A stretch of 64,000 nucleotides of DNA, taken from assembly GCA_034670305.1 (NCBI GenBank), contig JAXMNT010000007.1, positions 96,001-160,000 on the forward strand, read 5' to 3'. Each line of letters starts with the position of its first letter. Within the stretch, counting starts at the first letter, position 1. A program made the position numbers and the translations under genes. The stretch is from Deltaproteobacteria bacterium (GTDB lineage: Bacteria; Myxococcota_A; Polyangia; Polyangiales; Houyiibacteriaceae). Below the pieces are notes generated by a model. The model had not been told where the DNA came from. It saw only the letters and a program-made list of their open reading frames with translations, and made no database searches. This document shows positions 42,730 to 51,888 of this stretch, one piece after another.

Positions 42730-45101
42730 CCTCGTCCCGCTTCGGTCCCAGCAAAAACTGGGTCGTGGCGGCCGCGGTGCTCGGGGTCCTCACGCAGATC
42801 GCCCCTGTCGCGGGCGCTCAGGACGTGAACGGCCTCACTCGCCAGCTGGTCGAGATCGAGGGGGAGCTTGCCGCTCTCCAGCGCGATCAGCTCTCGCACA
42901 CGGCTGTCCGTAGCCCAACGTATGTCGAAGAACGGCTCACCGATGGTGAGCTGTTCTACCGCCTGCAGGATTACCTGCGCGCGAGCATCATCTTCACCGA
43001 CATCGTCGACAACCATCAGAACCACAACGCGTACTCGGACGCGCTGTTCCTTCTCGGGGACAGCCTTTTCCGCGCGGGCGACTACCTCGGGGCACGAAGT
43101 CGGTTCCGGATGGTGCTCGATCAGGCGGGCAACCCGCAATTTCGTCCGTACATCCAGCGGGCGCTCGGTCGACTGATCGAGATCGCGATTCACATTCGGG
43201 ACTTCGACGGCGTCGAGCAGTACTTCCAGACGCTCAGCCGTCTGCCCCCCACGGAGGTCGAAGCGACCACGGCGTACTTCCGGGCGAAGTACCTCTACAG
43301 CCGGGCCGTCCCGCTCGAAGAGCAACTCGGTGTGCCCGAAGGCCAGGCCTCTCAGGTCGACCTCCCGATGCTGGAGCAGGCTCGGTCGGCGTTCGAAGCG
43401 GTGCCGCAGGGCAGCCCCTACTACCCGCAGGCCCGCTACTTCATCGGCGTCGTGCACACCCTCCGCGCCGAGTTCCCTCAGGCGATCGAAGCGTTCCGTC
43501 GCGTCCTCCGTTCCGAAGCATCCACCCCCGAGCAGCGCAAAGTCATCGACTTGACGCACCTCGCGCTCGGCCGGCTCTACTACGAGACCGACCAGCTCGA
43601 CCAGGCCAGCGAGGCCTACCAAGCCGTGCCGCGCACCTCGGCCAGCTTCGACGATGCCCTCTACGAAATCGCGTGGGTCTACATTCGCCTCGGCGACGCA
43701 ACGCGCGCCGAACGCGCCCTCGAAGTCCTTTCCGTTGCGTCGCCCGACAGCCCGCACATTCCGGACGCCAAGATCCTCCGTGGCAACCTGCTCTTGAGGA
43801 ACGGCCGTTTCGAAGACGCGACGCAGGTGTTCCGTGAAGTCCGCAACGAGTTCGGCCCGGTCTACCGCGAACTCGAAGCCATCCGCGAGAACCACGCCGA
43901 TCTGCACGCACACTTTCGTTCGCTCGTTCGGGCGAACCTCGAGACGTTCGACGTCAACACCTTCCTGCCTGAGAACGCCCGCCGCTGGGTCGACCTCGAG
44001 GGCGATTTCGATCGTTCCGTCGCTGCCCTCAGCGACCTGAGCCAGGCCCGCCGCTTGGTGCGAGAGACGAGCGACCTCATCGAACGTTTGAGCGCGGCCA
44101 TCGGCGCCCCGAACCGGGTCAGCATCTTTGCGGACCTGCGGCGGCACCGGGAGGGCACGACCGCCCTCCGCAACCGGCTCTCGAACGTCCGTCGCAGCGC
44201 GGCCCGCATCGAAGAAGGCAGCGGGGGAGGGGCTGGCGGTGAACTCGCCGAGGTCCGCGCGCAGCGCCGCCGCATCGAACGCACCCTCGGGGGGATGCCG
44301 ACGAGTGAAGACGACTTCATCGTCCGCGACGACCAGCTCCTCAACCGGTACCGCCAACTCGAGCGCGAGCTGAGCAACCTCCAAGTCGAGTTGCTCGGCA
44401 TCGACGCCCGCATCGTGGCCATGCGCCGGTTCCTTTCGGACACCGCGGAAGACCAGACCTCGGACATCGAAGCGGTCCAGGCGGAGCTGAACACCCAGGA
44501 ACAAGCGGTGGTCAGCTACCGGACCCAGATCGGTGAGTTGACGCGGCTCATCGAGATCGCCCGCATCCAGGTGGGTGTCGGAGACGCCCGCTACCAGCGG
44601 GACAACCGGCTTCGCGACGAATACAACCGGCTGATCGAGCGCGAACGCGAGCTCGGCGGCCGCAGCCCCCGCACCGACCCATTGTTCTCCCGCATCGCCA
44701 GCATCGAAGCGGACCTCGAGCAGCACGACCGCTTGATCGACGAACGGGTCGAGGAGCGGGTCGCGGACATGCGCCGGGTCATCGGTGAAGAGAGCGCCAA
44801 AATGGTGGGCTACCGAGAGACCCTGGCGACACTGGAAGACGAAACCGAAGATGTCGTGGGCGCGATCACTTACACCAGCTTTTCTACGGTCCGAGACCGC
44901 TTCTACGACCTCGTGCTTCGTGCCGACGTCGGGCGGATCGACGTCACGTGGGCGCTCCGCGAAGAACACCGAATGCGTGTCGACATGTTGACCCGGGAAC
45001 GTTCACGAGAGCTCCAAGCGCTCGACGACGAGTTCCGCGACATCATGGACGAGGGCATGACCGCGCCCGACGAGTCGTCGGACGACGGAGACGAAGAATG
45101 A
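42726..45101 (+). CDS. Periplasmic TPR/coiled-coil protein, GltC/NfsC-like
   Basis: Signal peptide; LALGRLYYE...AYQAVPRTS..FDDALYEIAWVY; PDSP..PDAKILRG; long coiled coils. Confidence 0.75.
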   Translation: MTSSRFGPSKNWVVAAAVLGVLTQIAPVAGAQDVNGLTRQLVEIEGELAALQRDQLSHTAVRSPTYVEERLTDGELFYRLQDYLRASIIFTDIVDNHQNHNAYSDALFLLGDSLFRAGDYLGARSRFRMVLDQAGNPQFRPYIQRALGRLIEIAIHIRDFDGVEQYFQTLSRLPPTEVEATTAYFRAKYLYSRAVPLEEQLGVPEGQASQVDLPMLEQARSAFEAVPQGSPYYPQARYFIGVVHTLRAEFPQAIEAFRRVLRSEASTPEQRKVIDLTHLALGRLYYETDQLDQASEAYQAVPRTSASFDDALYEIAWVYIRLGDATRAERALEVLSVASPDSPHIPDAKILRGNLLLRNGRFEDATQVFREVRNEFGPVYRELEAIRENHADLHAHFRSLVRANLETFDVNTFLPENARRWVDLEGDFDRSVAALSDLSQARRLVRETSDLIERLSAAIGAPNRVSIFADLRRHREGTTALRNRLSNVRRSAARIEEGSGGGAGGELAEVRAQRRRIERTLGGMPTSEDDFIVRDDQLLNRYRQLERELSNLQVELLGIDARIVAMRRFLSDTAEDQTSDIEAVQAELNTQEQAVVSYRTQIGELTRLIEIARIQVGVGDARYQRDNRLRDEYNRLIERERELGGRSPRTDPLFSRIASIEADLEQHDRLIDERVEERVADMRRVIGEESAKMVGYRETLATLEDETEDVVGAITYTSFSTVRDRFYDLVLRADVGRIDVTWALREEHRMRVDMLTRERSRELQALDDEFRDIMDEGMTAPDESSDDGDEE

Positions 45102-48100
45102 ACGCGCGAGTCAACACCATCGGAGCGATGCTGCTCCTGCTGGGCGTGCCCGTGGCCATCGCCCAGCCGACGCCAGGGCAACCGGGCACGGTCCAGGACG
45201 GCACGGTCCAGGACGGAACCGGTGAGGGAGACACGGACGGAACCGTCGCCGCCGATGGCACCGTGCAGAACGGAACCGTCAACGGGACGGTGACCGCAGA
45301 CGGCACCGTGCCGACCGATCGCAACCAGGTGCGTGGGACCACGCCCGCCTTGCCCTCGTTCCTCGACACGACCGACCGTCGCATCCAAGACGACCGCCCT
45401 GCACCCACCGCCGCGCAGGTCGCTGCGCTTCGCGAGATGGAAGCGGAAGTGGCCCGATTCACCGGCAGCGGTGGCGCGTACCGGAACACCGTCGTGTCGC
45501 TGGTTCGGCGTGAGTACCTTCGTCAGCGTCGGGGACGCAACCAGTGGTACGCCCGACAGATCCGTGAAGAAGAGCGGCTGCTGAACGAAGCCCGCGAACG
45601 CGCCATCCGGCAGTTCGAGCAGTTCGTGCGCCGCTACCCGGACGACCCCAACTACTCGCCCGACGCGATGTTCCGACTCGGCGAACTCTACTACGAGCGA
45701 AGCGCCGTTCAGTTCCAGGTCGAGTACGACGCGGCCGTCGCCGCGCAGGACCGGGGCGAAGAGGCGGAGATCCCGGTCACGCCGGACTTCATGCCGACCA
45801 TCTCCCTCTACCGACGCCTGGTCGCCAACTTCACGGACTACCGCCGGCTCGACGGCGTCTACTACCTCATCGGGTACTGCCTCAACGAAATGGGGCTCGC
45901 GGAAGAAGCCCGCGATGCGTGGCTCGCACTCGTGTGCGCCAACCACTACGACTACGACCCCGAGCACCACGCCTCGGTGGAAGAGCTCACGGCGGATGCC
46001 GAAGCGGGCGAAGACGGCGAAGACGGTCCGGAGGAACACCCGGCGCTGACGCTCGACCCCACCGAAGCCGACCCTGCCGTCCCCGGCGTGTTCGTCGACC
46101 CATACGCACAGTGCCAACCCGTCGTCGAAGGCGCGGAGTTCGTCAGCGAGACCTGGTTCCGCATCGGCGAGTACCACTTCGACGACTACGGCGACGTGCA
46201 CTCGCTCGAACTCTCCATCGCGGCGTACCGCAAGATCCTCGAGAACCCCGAGGACCGGAACTACAACCTGGCGCTCTACAAGGTCGCATGGGCCTACTAC
46301 CGCGCCAGCCGCTACCCCGAAGCCATCAACACCTTCGGCATGCTCGTGCAGTGGTCCGACGACGAACACGAGCGCACCGGTGAAGCGGGCTCGCAGCTGC
46401 GCCCAGAAGCCATCCAGTACCTCGGCATCGCGTTCGCGTACGACGACTGGAACGAGAACGGCTTGCCCGACACGATCGACGGCATGCCGGACGGCATCAC
46501 CCGCGTGCAGGATCCGCAGCTCTTGCCGCAGGACCGCGCCTGGACCGCCGAGGTCTACTTCCAGCTCGGCCAAGTCTACTTCGACGAGGCCAAGTACCCG
46601 GAGGCCGTCGCGGTCTGGGAGCTCCTGCTCTCCCGCTGGCCACGCCACCGCACCGCGCCCGAAGTGACCAACATGATCGCGCGCGCCCACCAGCGGAACA
46701 ACGAGTTCGACGCCGCCATCGCGGACCGCGCCCGGCTCGCCGGCTACCTCCCTGGTTCCGAGTGGTACGACTCGAACGTCGAGAACCCGACCGAGCAGCG
46801 GCGGGCGGAAGAACTCGCCGAGAACGCGCTCATCGCGACCGCGATTCACGAGCACGAACAAGCCCAGCGCGAACGCCGTCGTTCGGTCGAGTTCGCGAAC
46901 GCAGGCGACGCGGCCCAGGCGCTGGCCGCCTTCGAGCAGGCCAAGCAGCACTACGGCCGCGCCGCGGTGGCGTACCGGCAGTACCTCGATCGGTACCCGA
47001 ACAACCCGCAGGCCTACGAGCTCCAGTACAACCTCGCCGACGCGCTCTACTGGTCGGAGTCCTACGAGGACGCCGCGCGCGAGTACGCCGCGGTTCGGGA
47101 CAGCAACCTCGACGACACGCACCTGTCGGAGTCCGCCCGTCTCGTGGTCGAGTCTCTCAAGGCCATCATCGACCGGGCGCAAGAGAACGGCTCGCTCACG
47201 AGTCGCGAAGAAGCGCCCACGCCCTCCGGCACGCCGCCGAGCGTGCAAGCGATCGAGATGCCGCAGCTCCTGCAGCGCATGGCGCAGGCGCGCGAGCTCT
47301 ACATGGCGCGCGTGTCCGAAGCGCAGGACAGCCAGCATGTCCGCGCCGCGTACGACTACAACAACGCGCTCTTGCTCTACTGGTACGGCTACTGGCCGCA
47401 GGCGAAGGAGCGATTTGAGCGCATCTTCGAAGAGCGATGCGCTGGACCCCACGCGAACAACACGGGTCTCGTGGCGTGGGAGAGCCTGCGCACCATGGCC
47501 GTCGCTGTGAACGACACCGAAGAGATTCGGCGCCTCGCGTCGGCACTCAACGAGCGCCAGTGCACCTTCAGTCCGACCGGGGAAGCTTGTCCACCGCGCG
47601 GCCCGCAGCTGGACACGTTCTGCGCGGCGGACGGGCGCGCAGAACACCGATGCTGCTTGGCCATCAACGACCTGCTCGCGATCGAGTTCCAAGATGCACT
47701 CGGCGTCTTCGAGCAGGCCCAGGGCACGCCGGCCGGCCCGGAACAGACCAGGCTCTTCGAACGCTCCGCGACGATGCTCATCGAAGCGGTCAACGAGAGT
47801 CCGAACCATCCGCAGGCACCGATCGCGCTCGAGCAGGCCGCTGTCGCGCTCGAGCAGACCCAGCGCTTCGACAGCGCGCGGCAAATCTACCAGCGGATCA
47901 TCGACGAGGTCGGCCCGCGGACCAACGACGAACCCGAGGAGCAACTCAGCCTCGACCGCATCGTGGCGAACGCCTATTTCAAGGTCGCGTTCAACGCGAA
48001 CCGTGGCTTCGACTTCGAGACGGCGGTGACGAACTACCGAGTGCTCGTGGACTCGCCGCGATTCGCCCGCAGCACGGACCCCAACCTGGTCGAACGCCGC

Positions 48101-49114
48101 CGCGACGCGCTGGTCAACACCGCGGTGATCTTCGAGCGGCTGCAGCGCTACGACGACGCGACCCGCTACTACCGTCAGATCCTCGCGTCGAACGATTCGG
48201 ACGCGGAACTCAAGCGCACCGCGATGTACCGCATCGCGGAGATTGCTTACAACCGTGAGAACTGGAACCTGGCCATCCGAGAGATGCGTGCGTTCATCCA
48301 GCGCTACGAGCGTGACGCCGCCGCCGGTGAACTCGTCGTGCAGGCGTACTGGCGAATCTCGCAGGCGCGCAAAGAGATGCGCCAGACCCGCGACTACAAC
48401 CGCTCGCTTCAGGACGTGGTCACGGCGTTCGGTCGCACCGGTCAACAGCCCCGCAGCATCGCCGCCGAGTACGCGGCCAACGCGCAGTTCCTGCTGACCA
48501 ACGAGACCATGAGCGAGTTCGAGGACTTCGCGATCACGCCAGGCCGCCCGGCCACCCTCGAAGCCTATGTCAACACCGTGCGCCAGCAGATCACCGCGGG
48601 CGGTCAGACCGCCACTCGGTTCGCCGAAGGCTTCAACAGCGTGATGACGTACCAGCGTCCCACCTGGACAGTCGCTGCGTTCGTGCAGCAGGGCCGGGTG
48701 TACGAAGTGCTCGCCCGGGCCGTGTTGAACACCCCGTTCGCCATGCCCGCAGACCTCAACCGTCAGCTCAGCCGCGTCAGCCGAGACGCGAGAGAAGACA
48801 TCCGCATCCAGGTTCAGGACCGCATTCAGCAGGTCTTGGACGAAATGGTGCGTCCGATCGAGTGTCTCGCGGTCGCACGCTACGCGCTTGCGTCTCGAGC
48901 CGCCCGTGCCGGCAGCCTCGACAACGAGTGGACCCAAAGCGCCATCGACCGCCTCCAGGCGTACGGCGACGAGCGCATCGCGGAATGTGTCGCGCAGGCC
49001 CAGGCCGCGGACAGCACCTTCCAGGCCTACCAACCGGGTGAGTTCGCGCGGGCACCCCGCGGACAACACCTCCAAATCGAGGCGGACATCACCCCGCCGG
49101 CGCTCGCGAGGTAA
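45098..49114 (+). CDS. Large periplasmic TPR protein, GltD/AgmU/NfsD-like
   Basis: Signal peptide, GTVQD repeats, PDAMFRLGELYYE, FRIGEYHFD, ALYKVAWAYY, many TPR-like helices. Confidence 0.8.
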   Translation: MNARVNTIGAMLLLLGVPVAIAQPTPGQPGTVQDGTVQDGTGEGDTDGTVAADGTVQNGTVNGTVTADGTVPTDRNQVRGTTPALPSFLDTTDRRIQDDRPAPTAAQVAALREMEAEVARFTGSGGAYRNTVVSLVRREYLRQRRGRNQWYARQIREEERLLNEARERAIRQFEQFVRRYPDDPNYSPDAMFRLGELYYERSAVQFQVEYDAAVAAQDRGEEAEIPVTPDFMPTISLYRRLVANFTDYRRLDGVYYLIGYCLNEMGLAEEARDAWLALVCANHYDYDPEHHASVEELTADAEAGEDGEDGPEEHPALTLDPTEADPAVPGVFVDPYAQCQPVVEGAEFVSETWFRIGEYHFDDYGDVHSLELSIAAYRKILENPEDRNYNLALYKVAWAYYRASRYPEAINTFGMLVQWSDDEHERTGEAGSQLRPEAIQYLGIAFAYDDWNENGLPDTIDGMPDGITRVQDPQLLPQDRAWTAEVYFQLGQVYFDEAKYPEAVAVWELLLSRWPRHRTAPEVTNMIARAHQRNNEFDAAIADRARLAGYLPGSEWYDSNVENPTEQRRAEELAENALIATAIHEHEQAQRERRRSVEFANAGDAAQALAAFEQAKQHYGRAAVAYRQYLDRYPNNPQAYELQYNLADALYWSESYEDAAREYAAVRDSNLDDTHLSESARLVVESLKAIIDRAQENGSLTSREEAPTPSGTPPSVQAIEMPQLLQRMAQARELYMARVSEAQDSQHVRAAYDYNNALLLYWYGYWPQAKERFERIFEERCAGPHANNTGLVAWESLRTMAVAVNDTEEIRRLASALNERQCTFSPTGEACPPRGPQLDTFCAADGRAEHRCCLAINDLLAIEFQDALGVFEQAQGTPAGPEQTRLFERSATMLIEAVNESPNHPQAPIALEQAAVALEQTQRFDSARQIYQRIIDEVGPRTNDEPEEQLSLDRIVANAYFKVAFNANRGFDFETAVTNYRVLVDSPRFARSTDPNLVERRRDALVNTAVIFERLQRYDDATRYYRQILASNDSDAELKRTAMYRIAEIAYNRENWNLAIREMRAFIQRYERDAAAGELVVQAYWRISQARKEMRQTRDYNRSLQDVVTAFGRTGQQPRSIAAEYAANAQFLLTNETMSEFEDFAITPGRPATLEAYVNTVRQQITAGGQTATRFAEGFNSVMTYQRPTWTVAAFVQQGRVYEVLARAVLNTPFAMPADLNRQLSRVSRDAREDIRIQVQDRIQQVLDEMVRPIECLAVARYALASRAARAGSLDNEWTQSAIDRLQAYGDERIAECVAQAQAADSTFQAYQPGEFARAPRGQHLQIEADITPPALAR

Positions 49115-49119
49115 TCCAG

Positions 49120-50580
49120 ATGAGCTTCCGACACTGTTTCCAGCACAGCCTGCTGCTCATCGGCGCACTCGCCCTCGGTCCCATCGCGGGCTGTGGCGAC
49201 GACGAAGAACAAGACACGACCGCGGAGGGCGGCGAAGGCACCTCCGGCGGAGAAAACGGAGACGGCCGGACAGGCGAACTCGAGCGTCCACCGGGCAGCC
49301 GCGACGCGGACTCGCAGGACCCAGGTTGGGACGGCGACACCGCTGGCGGCAACACTGGAACGGGCGAGACCGCCGGGACCGGAACGGGCACGGGCACTGG
49401 CGAAGAGCCGAGCCCGTGGGGTGCGACCCAGGCCGAACAATGCCGCCCGCCCAACCGTCGCGACATGAACTCGTCCGCTCAGCGCGCGTTCGATGCCGGC
49501 GTGCGTGCCGCCTCCTCGGGCAACACCGCCGAAGCGACCTCGTCGTTCCAGCGCGCGCTCAGCGAAGACTCCAACGCGTTCAAGGCCGCGTACAACCTGG
49601 GCGTCCTCGCGGACCGCGCGGGCAATGCGAACCGCGCGATGGAGTTCTACCGCCAAGCCCTTCGCATCCAGAGCGATTACGAAGCCGCCGCGGAAGGCAT
49701 CGTCACGATCCATCTGCGCCGAGGCAGCGTGCCGGACGCGCTCTCCTTCGTGGAACCGTTGGCGCGTGTGCACCGAACCAACCTGCACCTGCAGGCGCTG
49801 TACGCAGAGGTCCTGGTTCGGGCCGAGCGATTCGACGCGGCCTGGACCGCGGCACGCGCTGCACTGCATTGCGACGAACGTTTCGTCCCTGCGCTCACCG
49901 CAGTCGTCAAAGCATCGCTTCGCCAAGGCCGCATGGAGCTCGCCCGATCGGTGCTCGACCAGGCGCTGTCGATCGACGACAACAACGCCGAACTGCACTT
50001 CATCAAGGGCACGCTGCTCCGCGATGAGCCCGGCCGATTGCGCGAGGCGATGACGGAACTCCAGCGCGCGGTCACGCTCCGCCCCGACTACGTCGACGCC
50101 CGCATGGCGCTTGGCATCCAGCTCCTGTCGGGTGGCAACTACACCGACGCGCTTCAGCACTTTCAGTCGGCCGCCCAGCTCGCCCCGGCACTCGTCGCGG
50201 TTCACCTGAACCTCGGCGACGGCTACCGCGCGACCAAGCAGTGGACCAAGGCGAAGGCCTCGTTCGAGAAGGCGCTCTCGATGGAGAGTCAGCTTCCGCA
50301 GGCCCACTTCAACATGGGCCTCATGTACCTCTCGGCCGGCGAGAACTTCCCAGGCCTCGACGACCTCACGTCGCTGCAGGCCGCCAAGCAGGAGTTCACC
50401 CGCTACCGCAACGAGATGGGCTCGCGCCTGCGTCGAGACGACCCCTCCCAGGGCTACCTCGAAGACATCGATCGTCAGGTCGAGCGCATCGAACGACGTC
50501 GCGAACGCGATGCGCGCAACGCTGCACGGGATGCCGAACGGGCGGCCAGAGCGGCAGAACAAGGTGGAGGCGAAGAATGA
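49120..50580 (+). CDS. TPR lipoprotein, GltE/AglT-like
   Basis: Lipobox IAGC, Gly/Thr linker, TPRs (AAYNLGVL, HLNLGDGYR, AHFNMGLMY). Confidence 0.8.
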   Translation: MSFRHCFQHSLLLIGALALGPIAGCGDDEEQDTTAEGGEGTSGGENGDGRTGELERPPGSRDADSQDPGWDGDTAGGNTGTGETAGTGTGTGTGEEPSPWGATQAEQCRPPNRRDMNSSAQRAFDAGVRAASSGNTAEATSSFQRALSEDSNAFKAAYNLGVLADRAGNANRAMEFYRQALRIQSDYEAAAEGIVTIHLRRGSVPDALSFVEPLARVHRTNLHLQALYAEVLVRAERFDAAWTAARAALHCDERFVPALTAVVKASLRQGRMELARSVLDQALSIDDNNAELHFIKGTLLRDEPGRLREAMTELQRAVTLRPDYVDARMALGIQLLSGGNYTDALQHFQSAAQLAPALVAVHLNLGDGYRATKQWTKAKASFEKALSMESQLPQAHFNMGLMYLSAGENFPGLDDLTSLQAAKQEFTRYRNEMGSRLRRDDPSQGYLEDIDRQVERIERRRERDARNAARDAERAARAAEQGGGEE

Positions 50581-50813
50581 TTCGAGTGTTCCTCGCGGCC
50601 AGCATCTTGCTGACCTCCTTCTGCCTCTCCGACCGCGCGTCGGCCCAAGAACCGGGCGTCGTCGTGCTTCCGACCCAGCACGTCGAGGGGCGCCGCCAGC
50701 GTCCGATCGTCGTCGTGCTCCCGCCACCGGGCCGGGTCGTGCACCATGATCATTCCACCAATCCAAGCTTCGTTCGCCGCGTGACCCGCGCCGTCCGAAG
50801 GGGACCGTTCTGA
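50577..50813 (+). CDS. Small secreted GltF/CglF-like protein, divergent copy
   Basis: Signal peptide ending ASA, VEGRRQRP...SFVRRVTRAVRRGPF; ATGA overlap; homologous to the next gene. Confidence 0.65.
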   Translation: MIRVFLAASILLTSFCLSDRASAQEPGVVVLPTQHVEGRRQRPIVVVLPPPGRVVHHDHSTNPSFVRRVTRAVRRGPF

Positions 50814-50814
50814 G

Positions 50815-51054
50815 ATGCGTTTTCTCTTCGCCACCGCGTTTGCCGTTCTCCTCTTCGCGTCCGTCCCGGACGAAGCCGAAGCGCAGCGTCAGCCCCGCGT
50901 CATCCAGCTGGACGAGATCCGGATCGAAGGACGGGTTCAGAAGCCCAACGCCTTCTACATTCTGAACCGCTCCAACCTCGGCTACGAGGTGCTCGACCTG
51001 CGCACCAGCTTCGTACGCGAGATCATTCGCAGCGTTCGCCGCGAACCCTTCTAG
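50815..51054 (+). CDS. Small secreted GltF/CglF-like protein
   Basis: Signal peptide ending AEA, IQLDEIRIEGRVQKP...SFVREIIRSVRREPF; positioned between gltE-like and gltG-like genes. Confidence 0.78.
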   Translation: MRFLFATAFAVLLFASVPDEAEAQRQPRVIQLDEIRIEGRVQKPNAFYILNRSNLGYEVLDLRTSFVREIIRSVRREPF

Positions 51055-51078
51055 AACCCGTCCTGAAAGAAGCTCGGC

Positions 51079-51732
51079 ATGTGGGGCATCTTTCACCTTC
51101 TCCAAATCGCACTCGGGATCTTCGTCGCCTGGCGGGTCGCGACCATCGCTCGGCGCCTCTTCGCGGCCACGGCGTTCGACGCGTCGCTGGACAAAGCGCT
51201 TCTCGAGCAGACTCCAGAGGCAGGCCTCCAACTCGCGAGTCGTACCCGAGACACCTGGAGCGGGCAGTTGGCCGAGGCTGCGTTCGGCGCGCTCGGCTCC
51301 GACCAGTACGGATCGGTCTCGCTGGCGCTCGACGAAGTCCACCAGGAAGTCCGAGCGGTGGCCACCGGATGGATCCAGCCGCTGCGGCAACTGGGCCGTT
51401 TTGCGACCGCGTTCGGTGTGCTGGGCGCATGTATCGAATGGGCTCGCTTTCAGTACGGAACCCGGCCTCTCGCCAGTCTGCTCGACGGGGGACAGATCGC
51501 TTCGGAACGCGCCTCGCTCTGCATCGTCCTGGGGATCGCTGTCGGGCTCTCGACCATCGTGGCCCGGATGCAACTTCAGGGGGTCGCCCGCGAAGGCCTG
51601 CAACGGGCGAAACGGCTGAAGAACCGGCTCGAGCTCCAGCTGGAGCCGGGGGAGGGCGGACTCGAAGACGACGCTGGATCCAAGGATGCCGCGCCGGATC
51701 CCCTCCCACCCGAAGAAGCCGAAGAGGACTAG
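51079..51732 (+). CDS. Degenerate MotA/TolQ/ExbB (AglR-like) membrane protein
   Basis: TM1, helical cytoplasmic domain with VSLALDE, TM2 LGRFATAFGVLGAC, TM3 CIVLGIAVGLS. Confidence 0.65.
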   Translation: MWGIFHLLQIALGIFVAWRVATIARRLFAATAFDASLDKALLEQTPEAGLQLASRTRDTWSGQLAEAAFGALGSDQYGSVSLALDEVHQEVRAVATGWIQPLRQLGRFATAFGVLGACIEWARFQYGTRPLASLLDGGQIASERASLCIVLGIAVGLSTIVARMQLQGVAREGLQRAKRLKNRLELQLEPGEGGLEDDAGSKDAAPDPLPPEEAEED

Positions 51733-51776
51733 ATTGAGGTTCCCTGGCGGTGATATGGTGTCGCCGCACGTTTCGT

Positions 51777-51804
51777 GGAACTTTCGAGGCCCCGTGGGGT
51801 CTCA
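51777..51804 (+). promoter_or_regulatory. Putative ECF (sigmaE-type) internal promoter for the gltG-like gene
   Basis: GGAACT-N16-GTCTCA; same architecture as 8203-8230. Confidence 0.62.
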
Positions 51805-51888
51805 CCCCCTGACCAGGTCTCAACTTCCCCACACCCGTGGGATTTGTTGAGACAAACCCGAAAATCGAACGAAGCGTCGAGGAGATCG

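Noticed and set aside
44903-49075. 1390-aa minus-strand ORF, and similar long antisense ORFs (1049..3079, 30974..33832, 42603..44969, 49027..51603)
   Set aside because: Shadow ORFs opposite well-supported genes; expected from high-GC codon bias, with no recognisable motifs.
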